This document shows positions 1 to 9,515 of a stretch of DNA of 64,000 bases, one piece after another. The stretch is taken from contig JAVJWO010000195.1 of assembly GCA_040222015.1 (NCBI GenBank), forward strand, positions 1-64,000, given 5' to 3'. Position 1 is the first letter of the stretch, and each line of letters begins with the position of its first letter. The notes under the pieces were generated by a model. It was given only the letters and a program-made list of their open reading frames with translations. It ran no database searches and had not been told where the DNA came from. A program made the position numbers and the translations under genes. This DNA is from Coleofasciculus chthonoplastes F2-STO-03 (lineage in GTDB: Bacteria; Cyanobacteriota; Cyanobacteriia; Cyanobacteriales; Coleofasciculaceae).

Positions 1-147
1 ACAGGGAATAGGGAACAGGGAACAGGGAACAGGGAACAGGGAACAGGGAACAGGGAACAGGGAACAGGGAACAGGGAACAGGGAACAGGGAACAGGGAAC
101 AGGGAACAGGGAACAGGGAACAGGGAACAGGGAACAGGGAACAGGAA
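1..147. repeat. Heptamer tandem repeat (CAGGGAA)n, STRR-like, ~20 units, truncated by window edge
   Basis: Directly visible tandem 7-mer. Confidence 0.95.
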
Positions 148-199
148 ATTGTGAAGTTTTGGTAAGGAATTATTAGAATTGTCACCGATTTAATTAAAG

Positions 200-241
200 G
201 TAAAAATCGATACAATTGCCATCAGTACAGTAGGTTAATAT
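200..241 (+). promoter_or_regulatory. Putative NtcA-activated promoter: GTA-N8-TAC (200-213), 22 nt, then TAATAT -10 (236-241)
   Basis: GTAaaaatcgaTAC followed at exactly 22 nt by TA-N3-T, the canonical cyanobacterial NtcA promoter spacing; lies upstream of a urea/amide-sensor kinase. Confidence 0.6.
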
Positions 242-544
242 TCAAAGAGACATTGTGAAAAACAATAGTCAAATGTTTAGCATTTGCCTCAATCGTGTAT
301 TTGACCTATCGTTGCTTTATACAGCTTCATTGAATACCAGGGATTCGCGCTCAGGGTGTTTGGCTTTTGTCACTTCCCCAGGTTTTAATTAAACAGGGAA
401 GAATTGAGAAATCTTAAACGGAATAATTAATCCAGATTGCAATAGAATGATTAATTGATCACGTCAACAACAAAAAGCAACGGTTAAAGGATTATTGGAC
501 AGTAGAGAGGCATTTAACGGGAGAACATTTCGGGAACATCAGTA

Positions 545-3331
545 ATGAGCGAATTCAACCAGTCAGTGATCAGATCTGGTGCTGCGATCCGTGTTGGTAT
601 TTTACATTCTTTAAGCGGCACGATGGCGATTAGCGAAGCCTCGTTAAAGGATGCGGAACTGATGGCGATCGCGGAAATTAATCAAGCGGGTGGTGTCTTA
701 GGACATCGAATTGAACCCGTTATCGAAGATGGCGCATCCCAATCGGCGACATTTGCCCTTAAAGCTAGAAAGCTGATTGAACAGGATCAGGTTGCCACAA
801 TCTTTGGCGGGTGGACGTCTGCGAGTCGCAAAGCGGTTGTACCCATCTTAGAAGAACTCAACGCCCTGATGTGGTATCCGGTTGAATATGAAGGACTCGA
901 ATGTTCTCGCCACATTTTTTATACGGGGATTTGTCCGAATCAACAAGTCGGTCCAGCGGTGGATTGGTTGTTGAACCATAAGGGAAAACGTTTTTATCTA
1001 ATTGGATCTGATTATGTTTTTCCGCGAACCGCCAACAAGTTAATTAAGGCGCAACTTAAACAGCAAGGGGGGAGTTTAGCGGGGGAAGAATATGTTCCGT
1101 TAGGGATGACAGAGTTTGGCGATTTGATCGCTAGAATTAAAGAAGCTAAACCGGAGGTAGTCTTTAATACCCTGAATGGGGACAGTAATTTAGCGTTTTA
1201 TCAACAGTACCAAGAAGCCGGAATCACGGCAGCGGAGATTCCTATCTTAGCGGTGAGTGTCGCTGAAGAGGAACTGCGGCGAATTGGAGGGAGTATCGCA
1301 GCAGGTCATTATGCCAGTTGGAGTTATTTTCAGAGTATTAATACCCCGAAAAACCGCGAATTTGTCCAGAATTTTCAGGCACATTATGGTCAAGATCGAG
1401 TCACCAGTGATCCGATTGAGTCGGCGTATGTCCAGGTTTATCTCTGGAAACAAGCGGTAGAAAAAGCGGGTTGCTTTGATGTGGAATCATTGCGAGAAGC
1501 GGCGTATGGGCAAACCTTTGAAGCGCCGGGAGGGAAGATTCGGATTGAGACGAATAACCATTTGAGCAAACATTGCCGAATTGGTAAGATTTTGGAGAGT
1601 GGTCAATTTGAAATTGTCTTTACCAGTGTCGGACGCCTTAAACCTCAGCCTTGGTTGGGAATTGAAAAGTTAAGTAATCAGATCTCACCAGTGGTTATTG
1701 ATATGCTGGCAGAGGTTTCCCAATCAATTCAATATAACTGCCAACTGGAACAAAAGTCCCGTGAACTAGAAGCGGCGATGGCGCAACTGGTGACGACGAA
1801 TGAAAAGTTGCAACGCACTCAAGACCAATTATTGCAAGCCGAAGCCCAATTTCGCGAGTTACAAGATCAAGAAAAACTGTTGAAGCGTCGCTTGTCGAGT
1901 CAAATTCGCAGTTCGTTGGAATTAGAACAGATTTTGAAGACGGCGGTGAGGGAAATCTGTAGTTTATTACATATCGATCGCTGTCAGTTTTTGTGGTATC
2001 ATACTTACGGTAGTCTGCCTCGCTTTGAACCCATGGAAGTGGCGGGAGAGTTGAGTGAGAATAAGGGAGTGCAATGGAACTCGGCGGACGAACTTTTGCC
2101 AGATTTCCCGTCAATGATTCAGCAGCAATCGTTGCTACGGATTGACGATATTGCCAGCGATAGTCAGCTTAAGGGTAAGACTCGCGATCGCTTCCTGGAT
2201 GATGGACTGCAAGCTTTGCTAATTGTACCCCTACAAACTCGCAGCAATAAAATTGGCGTGGTGGTTTGTGAACATTATCAGGAGAGTCGCTACTGGAGTG
2301 AACAGGAGGTTGAATTAATTGTTTCAGTAGTTGATCAACTATCGAGTGCGATTGATCAAGCTGAATTGTATGCCCATAGTCGCACAACCGCAGCCTTAGC
2401 CACCGCCCAAGCCGAACAACTGAAGCAAGCGTTGCATGATTTAAAAGCCTATCAAGCGCAGTTAGTGCAGACGGAAAAAATGTCTACATTAGGGACATTA
2501 GTCGCCGGGGTAGCCCATGAAATTAATAACCCTACCAGTTTTATTTACGGTAATCTTCACTATGCCAAAGAATACACCGAAGATTTATTAGAAATGCTGC
2601 GGTTGTATCAAGAGTATTATCCTGAACCTGCACCCGAAATTCAAGATCACGCCCAAGCGATTGAGTTAGAGTTTCTGCTCAAAGACTTGCCTAAAACTCT
2701 GGGTTCCATGGAGATTGGGGCGGAACGGATTCGTCATTTGGTATTGAGTTTGCGGAATTTCTCGCGTTTGGATCAAGCCCAAATGCAACCCATGGATATT
2801 CGTGAGGGGATGGAGAGTACCTTACTGTTATTGCGGAATCGACTGAAAGGAAATGGTCACAATCCAGAGATTGAATTAGTGAAAGAGTATGGGGAGTTAC
2901 CCTTGGTTGAGTGCTATCCGTCGCAGCTTAATCAAGTGTTTATGAATCTCCTGGGTAATGCAATTGATGCGTTAGAGGAAGTTGTCGCCCGGAATGAGAC
3001 AAATTTTTCGCCGATGATTCGGATTCAGTCAGAAGCGCCCTCGGCTGATTATATTCGGGTGAGAATTAGTGATAATGGCTCAGGGATGACGGATGATGTG
3101 AAGTTAAAGTTATTTGATCCGTTTTTTACGACTAAGCCGATTGGTAAGGGGACGGGTTTAGGACTCTCGATTAGTTATCAAATTGTTGTAGATAAGCATA
3201 AGGGAATTTTGCAATGTAACTCTACTCCTAGACAAGGAACAGAGTTTATTATTGAGATTCCGGTGCGACAAAATTGTAAAGTTGCCGTGAGTCAGGAGAT
3301 GAATATCCGACTGAAGGCTCAAACCCATTAA
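545..3331 (+). CDS. UrtA/AmiC-like (urea/amide-binding) domain - coiled coil - GAF - histidine kinase fusion
   Basis: N-term [45 protein letters not shown] as in UrtA; GAF end [16 protein letters not shown]-box VAHEINNP, N-box [28 protein letters not shown]; no signal peptide or TM. Confidence 0.9.
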   Translation: MSEFNQSVIRSGAAIRVGILHSLSGTMAISEASLKDAELMAIAEINQAGGVLGHRIEPVIEDGASQSATFALKARKLIEQDQVATIFGGWTSASRKAVVPILEELNALMWYPVEYEGLECSRHIFYTGICPNQQVGPAVDWLLNHKGKRFYLIGSDYVFPRTANKLIKAQLKQQGGSLAGEEYVPLGMTEFGDLIARIKEAKPEVVFNTLNGDSNLAFYQQYQEAGITAAEIPILAVSVAEEELRRIGGSIAAGHYASWSYFQSINTPKNREFVQNFQAHYGQDRVTSDPIESAYVQVYLWKQAVEKAGCFDVESLREAAYGQTFEAPGGKIRIETNNHLSKHCRIGKILESGQFEIVFTSVGRLKPQPWLGIEKLSNQISPVVIDMLAEVSQSIQYNCQLEQKSRELEAAMAQLVTTNEKLQRTQDQLLQAEAQFRELQDQEKLLKRRLSSQIRSSLELEQILKTAVREICSLLHIDRCQFLWYHTYGSLPRFEPMEVAGELSENKGVQWNSADELLPDFPSMIQQQSLLRIDDIASDSQLKGKTRDRFLDDGLQALLIVPLQTRSNKIGVVVCEHYQESRYWSEQEVELIVSVVDQLSSAIDQAELYAHSRTTAALATAQAEQLKQALHDLKAYQAQLVQTEKMSTLGTLVAGVAHEINNPTSFIYGNLHYAKEYTEDLLEMLRLYQEYYPEPAPEIQDHAQAIELEFLLKDLPKTLGSMEIGAERIRHLVLSLRNFSRLDQAQMQPMDIREGMESTLLLLRNRLKGNGHNPEIELVKEYGELPLVECYPSQLNQVFMNLLGNAIDALEEVVARNETNFSPMIRIQSEAPSADYIRVRISDNGSGMTDDVKLKLFDPFFTTKPIGKGTGLGLSISYQIVVDKHKGILQCNSTPRQGTEFIIEIPVRQNCKVAVSQEMNIRLKAQTH

Positions 3332-3344
3332 GGAGTTGAACGGG

Positions 3345-3430
3345 ATATGATAGAACGGGGCGGGGCGTATGATAGAACGGGGCGGTTAAAACCGCAGCTA
3401 CACAAACTAAACCCGCCTGCGCGGGTTTCA
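3345..3430. repeat. Dispersed palindromic repeat with hairpin AAACCCGC-ctgc-GCGGGTTT, preceded by a short direct duplication (TATGATAGAACGGGGCGG x2)
   Basis: Inverted repeat 3409-3428; direct repeat visible just downstream of the kinase stop. Confidence 0.6.
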
Positions 3431-4945
3431 TCTAGCTGGAGGTTCCCGGAAGTGCGATCACATTTCTGGTGACAAATCCAGGATTAACCATCTGTAGGGG
3501 CGACCCGCTTGCACTAATTAAAAACTCCCATCCGTTCAATTAGGTTGGGTCGCCCTCTGCTATTAATTGGCTAATTAATGCTAAAACAACAGCAGCATTT
3601 CAGTTTTACTAGCTGAGTGATTTCCTATTCTTGATGATTCTCTGTGGAGTTGCACTGAATTAAACTTTCAGTTGCCTTGCTCCCCATTGACTAACTTAGG
3701 AAATATCAGCGTTTAAATGGTTTGCTGCTGTTGTTTTTAGATGAGACAGATTGATTGATTTAGCCAGCGTTTTTACCTCTTCTTTTGAATCTAAACGTTG
3801 CTTTTGTATCTGTCTGATGAAGCTTTATTTGCTTCATAGTTCTACTTTAGCACCTTTGATTGAAAGGACAAGGGAATGATACGTAAGTTTACATTAATCG
3901 GGAAAAGGTTAAGTTCGATTAATTCTTCCCCGATTCAGACCTCTCGGTGGACATTCTCAGGAGTGCGATCGCGTTCCTTTTTAGAAATGCCAGATTAACC
4001 ACCTGTAGGGGCGACCCGCTTGCACTAATTAAAAACTCCCATCCGTTTAATTGGGTCGGGTCGCCCTCTCCTATTAATTGGGCGGAAATGCTAAAACAAC
4101 AGCAGCATTTCAGTTTTACTAGCCGAGTGATTTCCTCTTCTTGATGATTCTCTGTGGAGTTGCACTGAATTAAACTTTCAGTTGCCTTGCTCCCCATTGA
4201 CTAGCTTAGGAAATATCAGCGTTTAAATGGCTTGCTGCTGCTGTTTTTAGATGAGACAGATTGATTGATTTAGCCAGCGTTTTTACCTCTTCTTTTGAAT
4301 CTAAACGTTGCTTTTGTATCTGTCCGGTGAAGCTTTATTCGCTTCATAGTTCTACTTTAGCACCTTTGATTGAAAGGACAAGGGAATGATACGTAAGTTT
4401 ACATTAATCGGGAAAAGGTTGAGTTAGATTAATGCTTCCCCTATTCAGACCTCTAGGTGGACATTCCCAGGAGTGCGATCGCATTCCTTTTTAGAAAGGC
4501 AAGATTAACCACCTGCAGGGGCAACCCGCTTGCATCAATTAACAATCTCCAATCCATTTAATTGGGTCGGGTCGCCCTTTTCTATTAATTGGCTAATTAA
4601 TGCTAAAACAACAGCAGCACGTCCGATCGACTTGCTGAGTGATTTCCTTCTTTTAGTAATTCTATCTGGAGTTGCACTGAATTGAAGTTTCAGTAGCCTT
4701 GCTCCCTATTAACTAGCTTAGGAAATATCAGCGTCTAAATGGTTTGCTGCTGTTGTTTTTAGATGAGACAGATTAATTGATTTAGCCAGCGTTTTTACCT
4801 CTTCTTTTGAATCTAAACGTTGCTTTTTTATCTGTCCGGTGAAGCTTTATTTGCTTCATACTTTTACTTTACCACTCTCAAGTTGAAAGACAAGGAAATG
4901 ACATAGAAGTTAACATTTGTCCGAGAAATATTAAGTTAAGTTACG
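3431..4945. repeat. Three tandem ~510-bp units, each extensively self-complementary (candidate structured ncRNA array)
   Basis: Anchor CTG(T/C)AGGGGC at 3492, 4003, 4513 (period 511/510); units 1 and 2 nearly identical, unit 3 more diverged; nested inverted repeats in every unit. Confidence 0.95.
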
Positions 4946-5210
4946 ATTGTGGGCAACGATTGATGAGCAGGTGATCATCCTGAACCAGTCGAAAACAGGA
5001 TCAAATTGAACGATTGAGTCTCTGAATTAAGTGAAAATACTTAGAGACTATGTGCAGAACACATAATTTGTGGAGTGAGCTAAACTGCCTCTACTGACGC
5101 TGTACTTGCTGTATACCGATCGCGACTGAACTGGCAAGTGATTAGATAATGGGGTTAGTATAGCAAAGGGTATTTTTACAAAAGTTCATTCTTTAGACTC
5201 AGAAATTTCC

Positions 5211-5960
5211 ATGACGGATAGGGTAACAACGATGTCCAACGATGTTGATGCGAAGACAGATACAGATATCGAGGCGAAGACAACAGAAAAAGAAGTCCGC
5301 CTACTGCTTTACTTGTGGGATATGGGAGGTTCGGATGTTAAGAGGGGTGAACTAACCAAGCGACTGAAACGGAAAAAGGAGACAGCTGCTGATTACCAGG
5401 AGAGTTATCAGCAGTTAGAAGAGAACGGTGCGATCGCGGTTTCTCGGTATAAGGTATCTCTGGTACAGCCGAAGGGATTTCAGATGCTGGAAGCGGGGTT
5501 AAAGAGTGAGGCGTTTAAATTTGAGAGTCAGATTGGCGCGAAAACCGCGAATGCGTTACTCAAATGGATTCGAGAACAAGCTATGTCGGCGGGTACTGTT
5601 GGTGATGGCGCGGTTGCTGCCGGGAAGACTGGGGAGAGTGCGATTGAGCAAAGCTCAGCGCCAAAGGCGATCGCGTCTTATGATCAGTTTAAGCAGGTGG
5701 CGCTGGATGTCTACAATCAGCTTAACCGCGACTATAACTTAGATGACTTAGTACCGATATATCGGATACGACGAACCATTGGCGATCGCGTCTCTCGTTC
5801 CCAGTTCAATGACTGGATGCTGGAAATGCAGGCGAATGACATCTTCCAGCTAATGGGGGGAGAGGTTTTAAACGTTACCCCTGATCAATTAGAAGACTCA
5901 ATTACTCCGCCAGTCGGCAAATTGCGTTACTTTGCCAAGCTTGTGAATGCTGAAGCCTAA
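5211..5960 (+). CDS. Hypothetical protein, probable N- and C-terminal winged-helix-like domains; first gene of ATPase/nuclease operon
   Basis: 249 aa; LLLYLWD..VKRGELTKRL..YQQLEENGAI and LVPIYRIRR..SRSQFNDWMLEMQ..IFQL patterns resemble wHTH; low-complexity linker between them. Confidence 0.75.
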   Translation: MTDRVTTMSNDVDAKTDTDIEAKTTEKEVRLLLYLWDMGGSDVKRGELTKRLKRKKETAADYQESYQQLEENGAIAVSRYKVSLVQPKGFQMLEAGLKSEAFKFESQIGAKTANALLKWIREQAMSAGTVGDGAVAAGKTGESAIEQSSAPKAIASYDQFKQVALDVYNQLNRDYNLDDLVPIYRIRRTIGDRVSRSQFNDWMLEMQANDIFQLMGGEVLNVTPDQLEDSITPPVGKLRYFAKLVNAEA

Positions 5961-5993
5961 TTGAAACCGCTTGTTGTTTGTTCCTTCACCTGA

Positions 5994-8009
5994 ATGATCA
6001 TGACTAATTTATCTGTTTCACCGATTGAAGAAATCAACACCGCCATCCAAGACTACAATCCGTTCAACAGTGCAGCCATTGATAAAGTCCAAAGTGTTTG
6101 GGGTAAAGGATTCCCGGATTTGAATACTCTCAATGCTCATGCTTCTCAAAAAGTCTTGGAGATAATCAAGCAGGTTAAAACCAGCTCAGATAGTAAGGAT
6201 AAGGTAGCCACTTTAGTTGTGACTGGCGATCCGGGTTCAGGGAAAACTCAACTCATTGGTCGCCTGCGCCGTCGTGTCATTGGTGATGGTAGTGCTGTAT
6301 TTATCTATGTTAACACTGGCAAGTATGGTAACTTAAATCTGTTGAGACATCAATTTCTGCAAACGTTGATCGAGAACTTGGCGCGAGTTGGCAGTCAAGA
6401 AGTTACACAATGGCAGGAAGTGGCGGCGGCTATGGCAAATGCCAGTAATTCCAGTGGTCAGAAAACTGCCGCAGCAACAATAGTTAAGAATTTTGATAAA
6501 GCCTATGCCAAAGCTTTACAAAATCACCAAAATCTACTCAAAAAATTGAGTACCCAGATTCTCAAAATCAAGCCGGATGCTGATCCTTATATTCTCAGGG
6601 CGATTTTGTGGACTCTTTCAGAAATGTACGCCCCCTATGCTATTGAATGGTTAGCTGGTAATGAGCTAGATCAAGAAACGGCTAACTCTATGGGTTTGCC
6701 AACTAATGCTGGTAAGACATCTCAAGAACAAGAAGCAGAAGCTCTGGGTAATATACAACAAATCTTGCGGTTAGTTAGTGACCATAAACCTGTGCTGATT
6801 TGTTTTGATGAATTGGAAACCCAAGGAATATTATCTGAAGATGGGTTTACGAAAGCACAGGTAATTGCTAGGTTAGTTAAAGACGTTTACGATAACCTCG
6901 AACAGTCAGGTATTGGCAAAGGTATTGTCATGTTGACGGTAATGTTCCAGTCAACTTGGAGTAAGGAAATAACCTTTTATACTGAAACTGTTAGCTCAGT
7001 AAAAGATCGGTTGTCAACAGCAACTCAAGGAAACCCAATAAGTTTAAAACCTCTAGATAGCCAATTCATTGTTGATTTAGTTGCCTTGTGGTTGCAAAAA
7101 GAGCTATATGATCCTCGTGATTTAAAACCTCATGATCCAGTTTATCCGTTTACAGAAAGCCAACTCAGGGATATCGGTAAAGGCAAGCCGACTGTACGGG
7201 AAACTTTAGATTGGTGTGCTAAGAATTATCGCCCCAATGTTCCTATATCACTAGAAGAGAGATTTAAAAGAGCTGTTAAAGCCTCGAAGGAGGCAGACCT
7301 TGGAGATTATTTAGAGGACAATGATAAAATTGCTGATGCTCTACGTTTTGGCTTTGAGCAGTTGATAGGTGAAACATTGGAAGGGGAAACATTAACCGGA
7401 CAAAAATTACGGCAACTAACAATTGAAAGCGTTGATACTGATATCAAAGTAGTCAACTCAAAGGCTCCTGCCAAGAATCTATCAAACCAAGGTTACATTA
7501 ATTTCAAGGTTGTTGGCAATGAAGATGACAAAAATTTTGTCATTGGTGTAGCAGTTATTCAAAAAGGCAACGCAGCTGCACTAGGCGCTGGATTAAAGCG
7601 CTTAACGGCATACGAACGGTTTGGTTTAACTCGCGGTTGTTTAGTTCGCTCGAAAAACAAAAAAATTAACAAGACGACAAACGCTTATAAGTTACTGGAA
7701 AAACTCACATCTCAGGCAAAGGGAGGAGAATGGGCGTATCTGGAAGCTGAACAGATTAGACCTCTGATTGACCTGTATTCTGTTTATCAAAACTGCGAGA
7801 CATATCAGCTTACTCAAAAGCAGGTGGCAGAATTCTCAAAACCCCAAATTTTAGAGAATCCACTACTGCGAGAAATCCTCAGCGATCCCTCTGGCGAAAT
7901 TGATGCAGAGACTATCGAAGATGAAGAACTCTTTGGAACGCTGTTCGACGAATCTAGTGCTGATGATACAGCCAATGATGACGACCTGAATGACCTATTC
8001 GTAGCATAG
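5994..8009 (+). CDS. P-loop NTPase (AAA+/STAND-like) with C-terminal domain and acidic tail
   Basis: Walker A GDPGSGKT, Walker B PVLICFDELE, YPFT..L motif; tail ADDTANDDDLNDLF; 33 bp after previous gene. Confidence 0.85.
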   Translation: MIMTNLSVSPIEEINTAIQDYNPFNSAAIDKVQSVWGKGFPDLNTLNAHASQKVLEIIKQVKTSSDSKDKVATLVVTGDPGSGKTQLIGRLRRRVIGDGSAVFIYVNTGKYGNLNLLRHQFLQTLIENLARVGSQEVTQWQEVAAAMANASNSSGQKTAAATIVKNFDKAYAKALQNHQNLLKKLSTQILKIKPDADPYILRAILWTLSEMYAPYAIEWLAGNELDQETANSMGLPTNAGKTSQEQEAEALGNIQQILRLVSDHKPVLICFDELETQGILSEDGFTKAQVIARLVKDVYDNLEQSGIGKGIVMLTVMFQSTWSKEITFYTETVSSVKDRLSTATQGNPISLKPLDSQFIVDLVALWLQKELYDPRDLKPHDPVYPFTESQLRDIGKGKPTVRETLDWCAKNYRPNVPISLEERFKRAVKASKEADLGDYLEDNDKIADALRFGFEQLIGETLEGETLTGQKLRQLTIESVDTDIKVVNSKAPAKNLSNQGYINFKVVGNEDDKNFVIGVAVIQKGNAAALGAGLKRLTAYERFGLTRGCLVRSKNKKINKTTNAYKLLEKLTSQAKGGEWAYLEAEQIRPLIDLYSVYQNCETYQLTQKQVAEFSKPQILENPLLREILSDPSGEIDAETIEDEELFGTLFDESSADDTANDDDLNDLFVA

Positions 8010-8020
8010 GAACATAAATT

Positions 8021-9463
8021 ATGCTGCCAATCGCCCTACGTCTACCTGCCCCAGATATTAAAGCCTTAATCGAAGGACGCTCAATTGCCATTATCCCTCG
8101 GATATTCGTCAATCCAGGACGACAATTTGCTCTCTATCCCTCAGATACCTCCACTAACGCTCTGCCTATCGAACAATATTATCGCTCAAATTTTATCCCC
8201 ACCGCCCAAAAAAGTCTGGCTGAACTCGGTTCTGAAACCGTTCTAATTAAAGCCTGGGCAAAATGCGAACGGTGTCAAGTCTTGGATGATTCCGAATCCC
8301 TTGATTTTCTATCTCAGCTAACTGTATGGACAAAAGCCGGATTAGAGCAAACTCGTGTAAAACGAGGTCATATTTTTTTAGCCTACCTGCGGGTTTATCG
8401 ACTCCCGCAACCGATGGAAATTCCGGTTCATCCGAGTCCCCGATTTATACCTCTCCCCCAACCTTTAACCGTGACTCAAAATACACCTGTTTTGAGTCAG
8501 ACATGCTTTGAACAGCGCTGTCGCCAGATGGAAGAACGACAGCCGCCTCAGCATCCAGAATTGGAAGAATTACAGAGTGCGATCGCGCTATTATCAAACC
8601 ATAATCTAGCGGCTAAAGAACTTGACCAAGATATCAAACAATTCTTGGGATGGAATAGCCAATCAATCGTGAGATTTGACTCTGATTTCATCTGGATTAA
8701 AACAATCGCCGATGTCGGCAACTCTAGCGATGGTCATCAATTTGAAAAACTGGTACGGAAAAGCTTACTAAAACTAGGATTTACCAACTCTAGAAATGAC
8801 CCCAAAGCCAGCCTAAATCCAGAAGCAACTGGTGGTGCTGGCGGGATTGACTTTTATGCAGATGCACCTTATCCCATCGTTGGCGAATGCAAAGCCACCA
8901 AAAGTGAAATAGTACCCAGTAAAACTCCGGGACAATTAATCCAACTGGGGAACAATCATCTCCAACAAGATTATGCTCCTTGTCTCAAACTCATTGTCGC
9001 CGCCGGTGAATTAACCCCAGATGCTTTACGAACAACTTTAAATAATCAGATTAGCGTGATTCGTCCAGAAACTCTCCAACATCTCGTAGAATTGCAAGCC
9101 CAATATAATGGTGCTATTGACTTGCTGAAACTCAAAGCCTGCTGGCAAAATGCTTATGGGTTAGCCGATGATAAAATTGAGCAATACCTAGTAAAAGTGC
9201 GTCAAGACATCGCCGTGCGATCGCACATCGTTCAATCTGTTAAATCCTTACAAGAAAATGCCAGGTTAGGCGAAGTGGAAGTTGGTCAAATTTATGGCAC
9301 GTATATCGGTTCGAGTCCGCCCAAACCCTTAATGCCAAATGAATTGCGTGATATTCTCATTGAACTATCCTCCCCCTTAATAGGCTACTTAGGGAGAAAT
9401 AAGGGTAATGAATCGAACAGCGATCGCTTCTATTTCCTGCGCGATTTACCCCAGATTCATTAA
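8021..9463 (+). CDS. DUF1802-like N-terminal domain fused to a PD-(D/E)XK restriction-endonuclease-like domain
   Basis: ALIEGRSIAII and LAYLRVYRLPQP..PVLS as in DUF1802; FEKLVRKSLLKLGF..GGAGGIDF..IVGECKAT is a Mrr-like catalytic motif; 11 bp after the ATPase. Confidence 0.8.
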   Translation: MLPIALRLPAPDIKALIEGRSIAIIPRIFVNPGRQFALYPSDTSTNALPIEQYYRSNFIPTAQKSLAELGSETVLIKAWAKCERCQVLDDSESLDFLSQLTVWTKAGLEQTRVKRGHIFLAYLRVYRLPQPMEIPVHPSPRFIPLPQPLTVTQNTPVLSQTCFEQRCRQMEERQPPQHPELEELQSAIALLSNHNLAAKELDQDIKQFLGWNSQSIVRFDSDFIWIKTIADVGNSSDGHQFEKLVRKSLLKLGFTNSRNDPKASLNPEATGGAGGIDFYADAPYPIVGECKATKSEIVPSKTPGQLIQLGNNHLQQDYAPCLKLIVAAGELTPDALRTTLNNQISVIRPETLQHLVELQAQYNGAIDLLKLKACWQNAYGLADDKIEQYLVKVRQDIAVRSHIVQSVKSLQENARLGEVEVGQIYGTYIGSSPPKPLMPNELRDILIELSSPLIGYLGRNKGNESNSDRFYFLRDLPQIH

Positions 9464-9515
9464 GATAAAAAAATCTTGTGTAAGTACAGATAGAGGATAG
9501 GCGTAAGTCTCCTAT

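Noticed and set aside
545..1670. Stand-alone urtA transporter gene
   Set aside because: No signal peptide, no urtB-E nearby, and the frame continues uninterrupted into the kinase
1890..2370. GAF as a cyanobacteriochrome photosensor
   Set aside because: No Cys-His bilin attachment motif or DxCF-type motif visible
3919..4197. ORFs 3919-4197 (-) and 3947-4144 (+) in the repeat
   Set aside because: Not preserved in the other units (stop in unit 1, no ATG in unit 3); no recognisable domain
3431..4945. CRISPR array interpretation of the triple repeat
   Set aside because: Units are ~510 bp, similar along their whole length, with no short repeat/unique spacer pattern and no cas genes in the window
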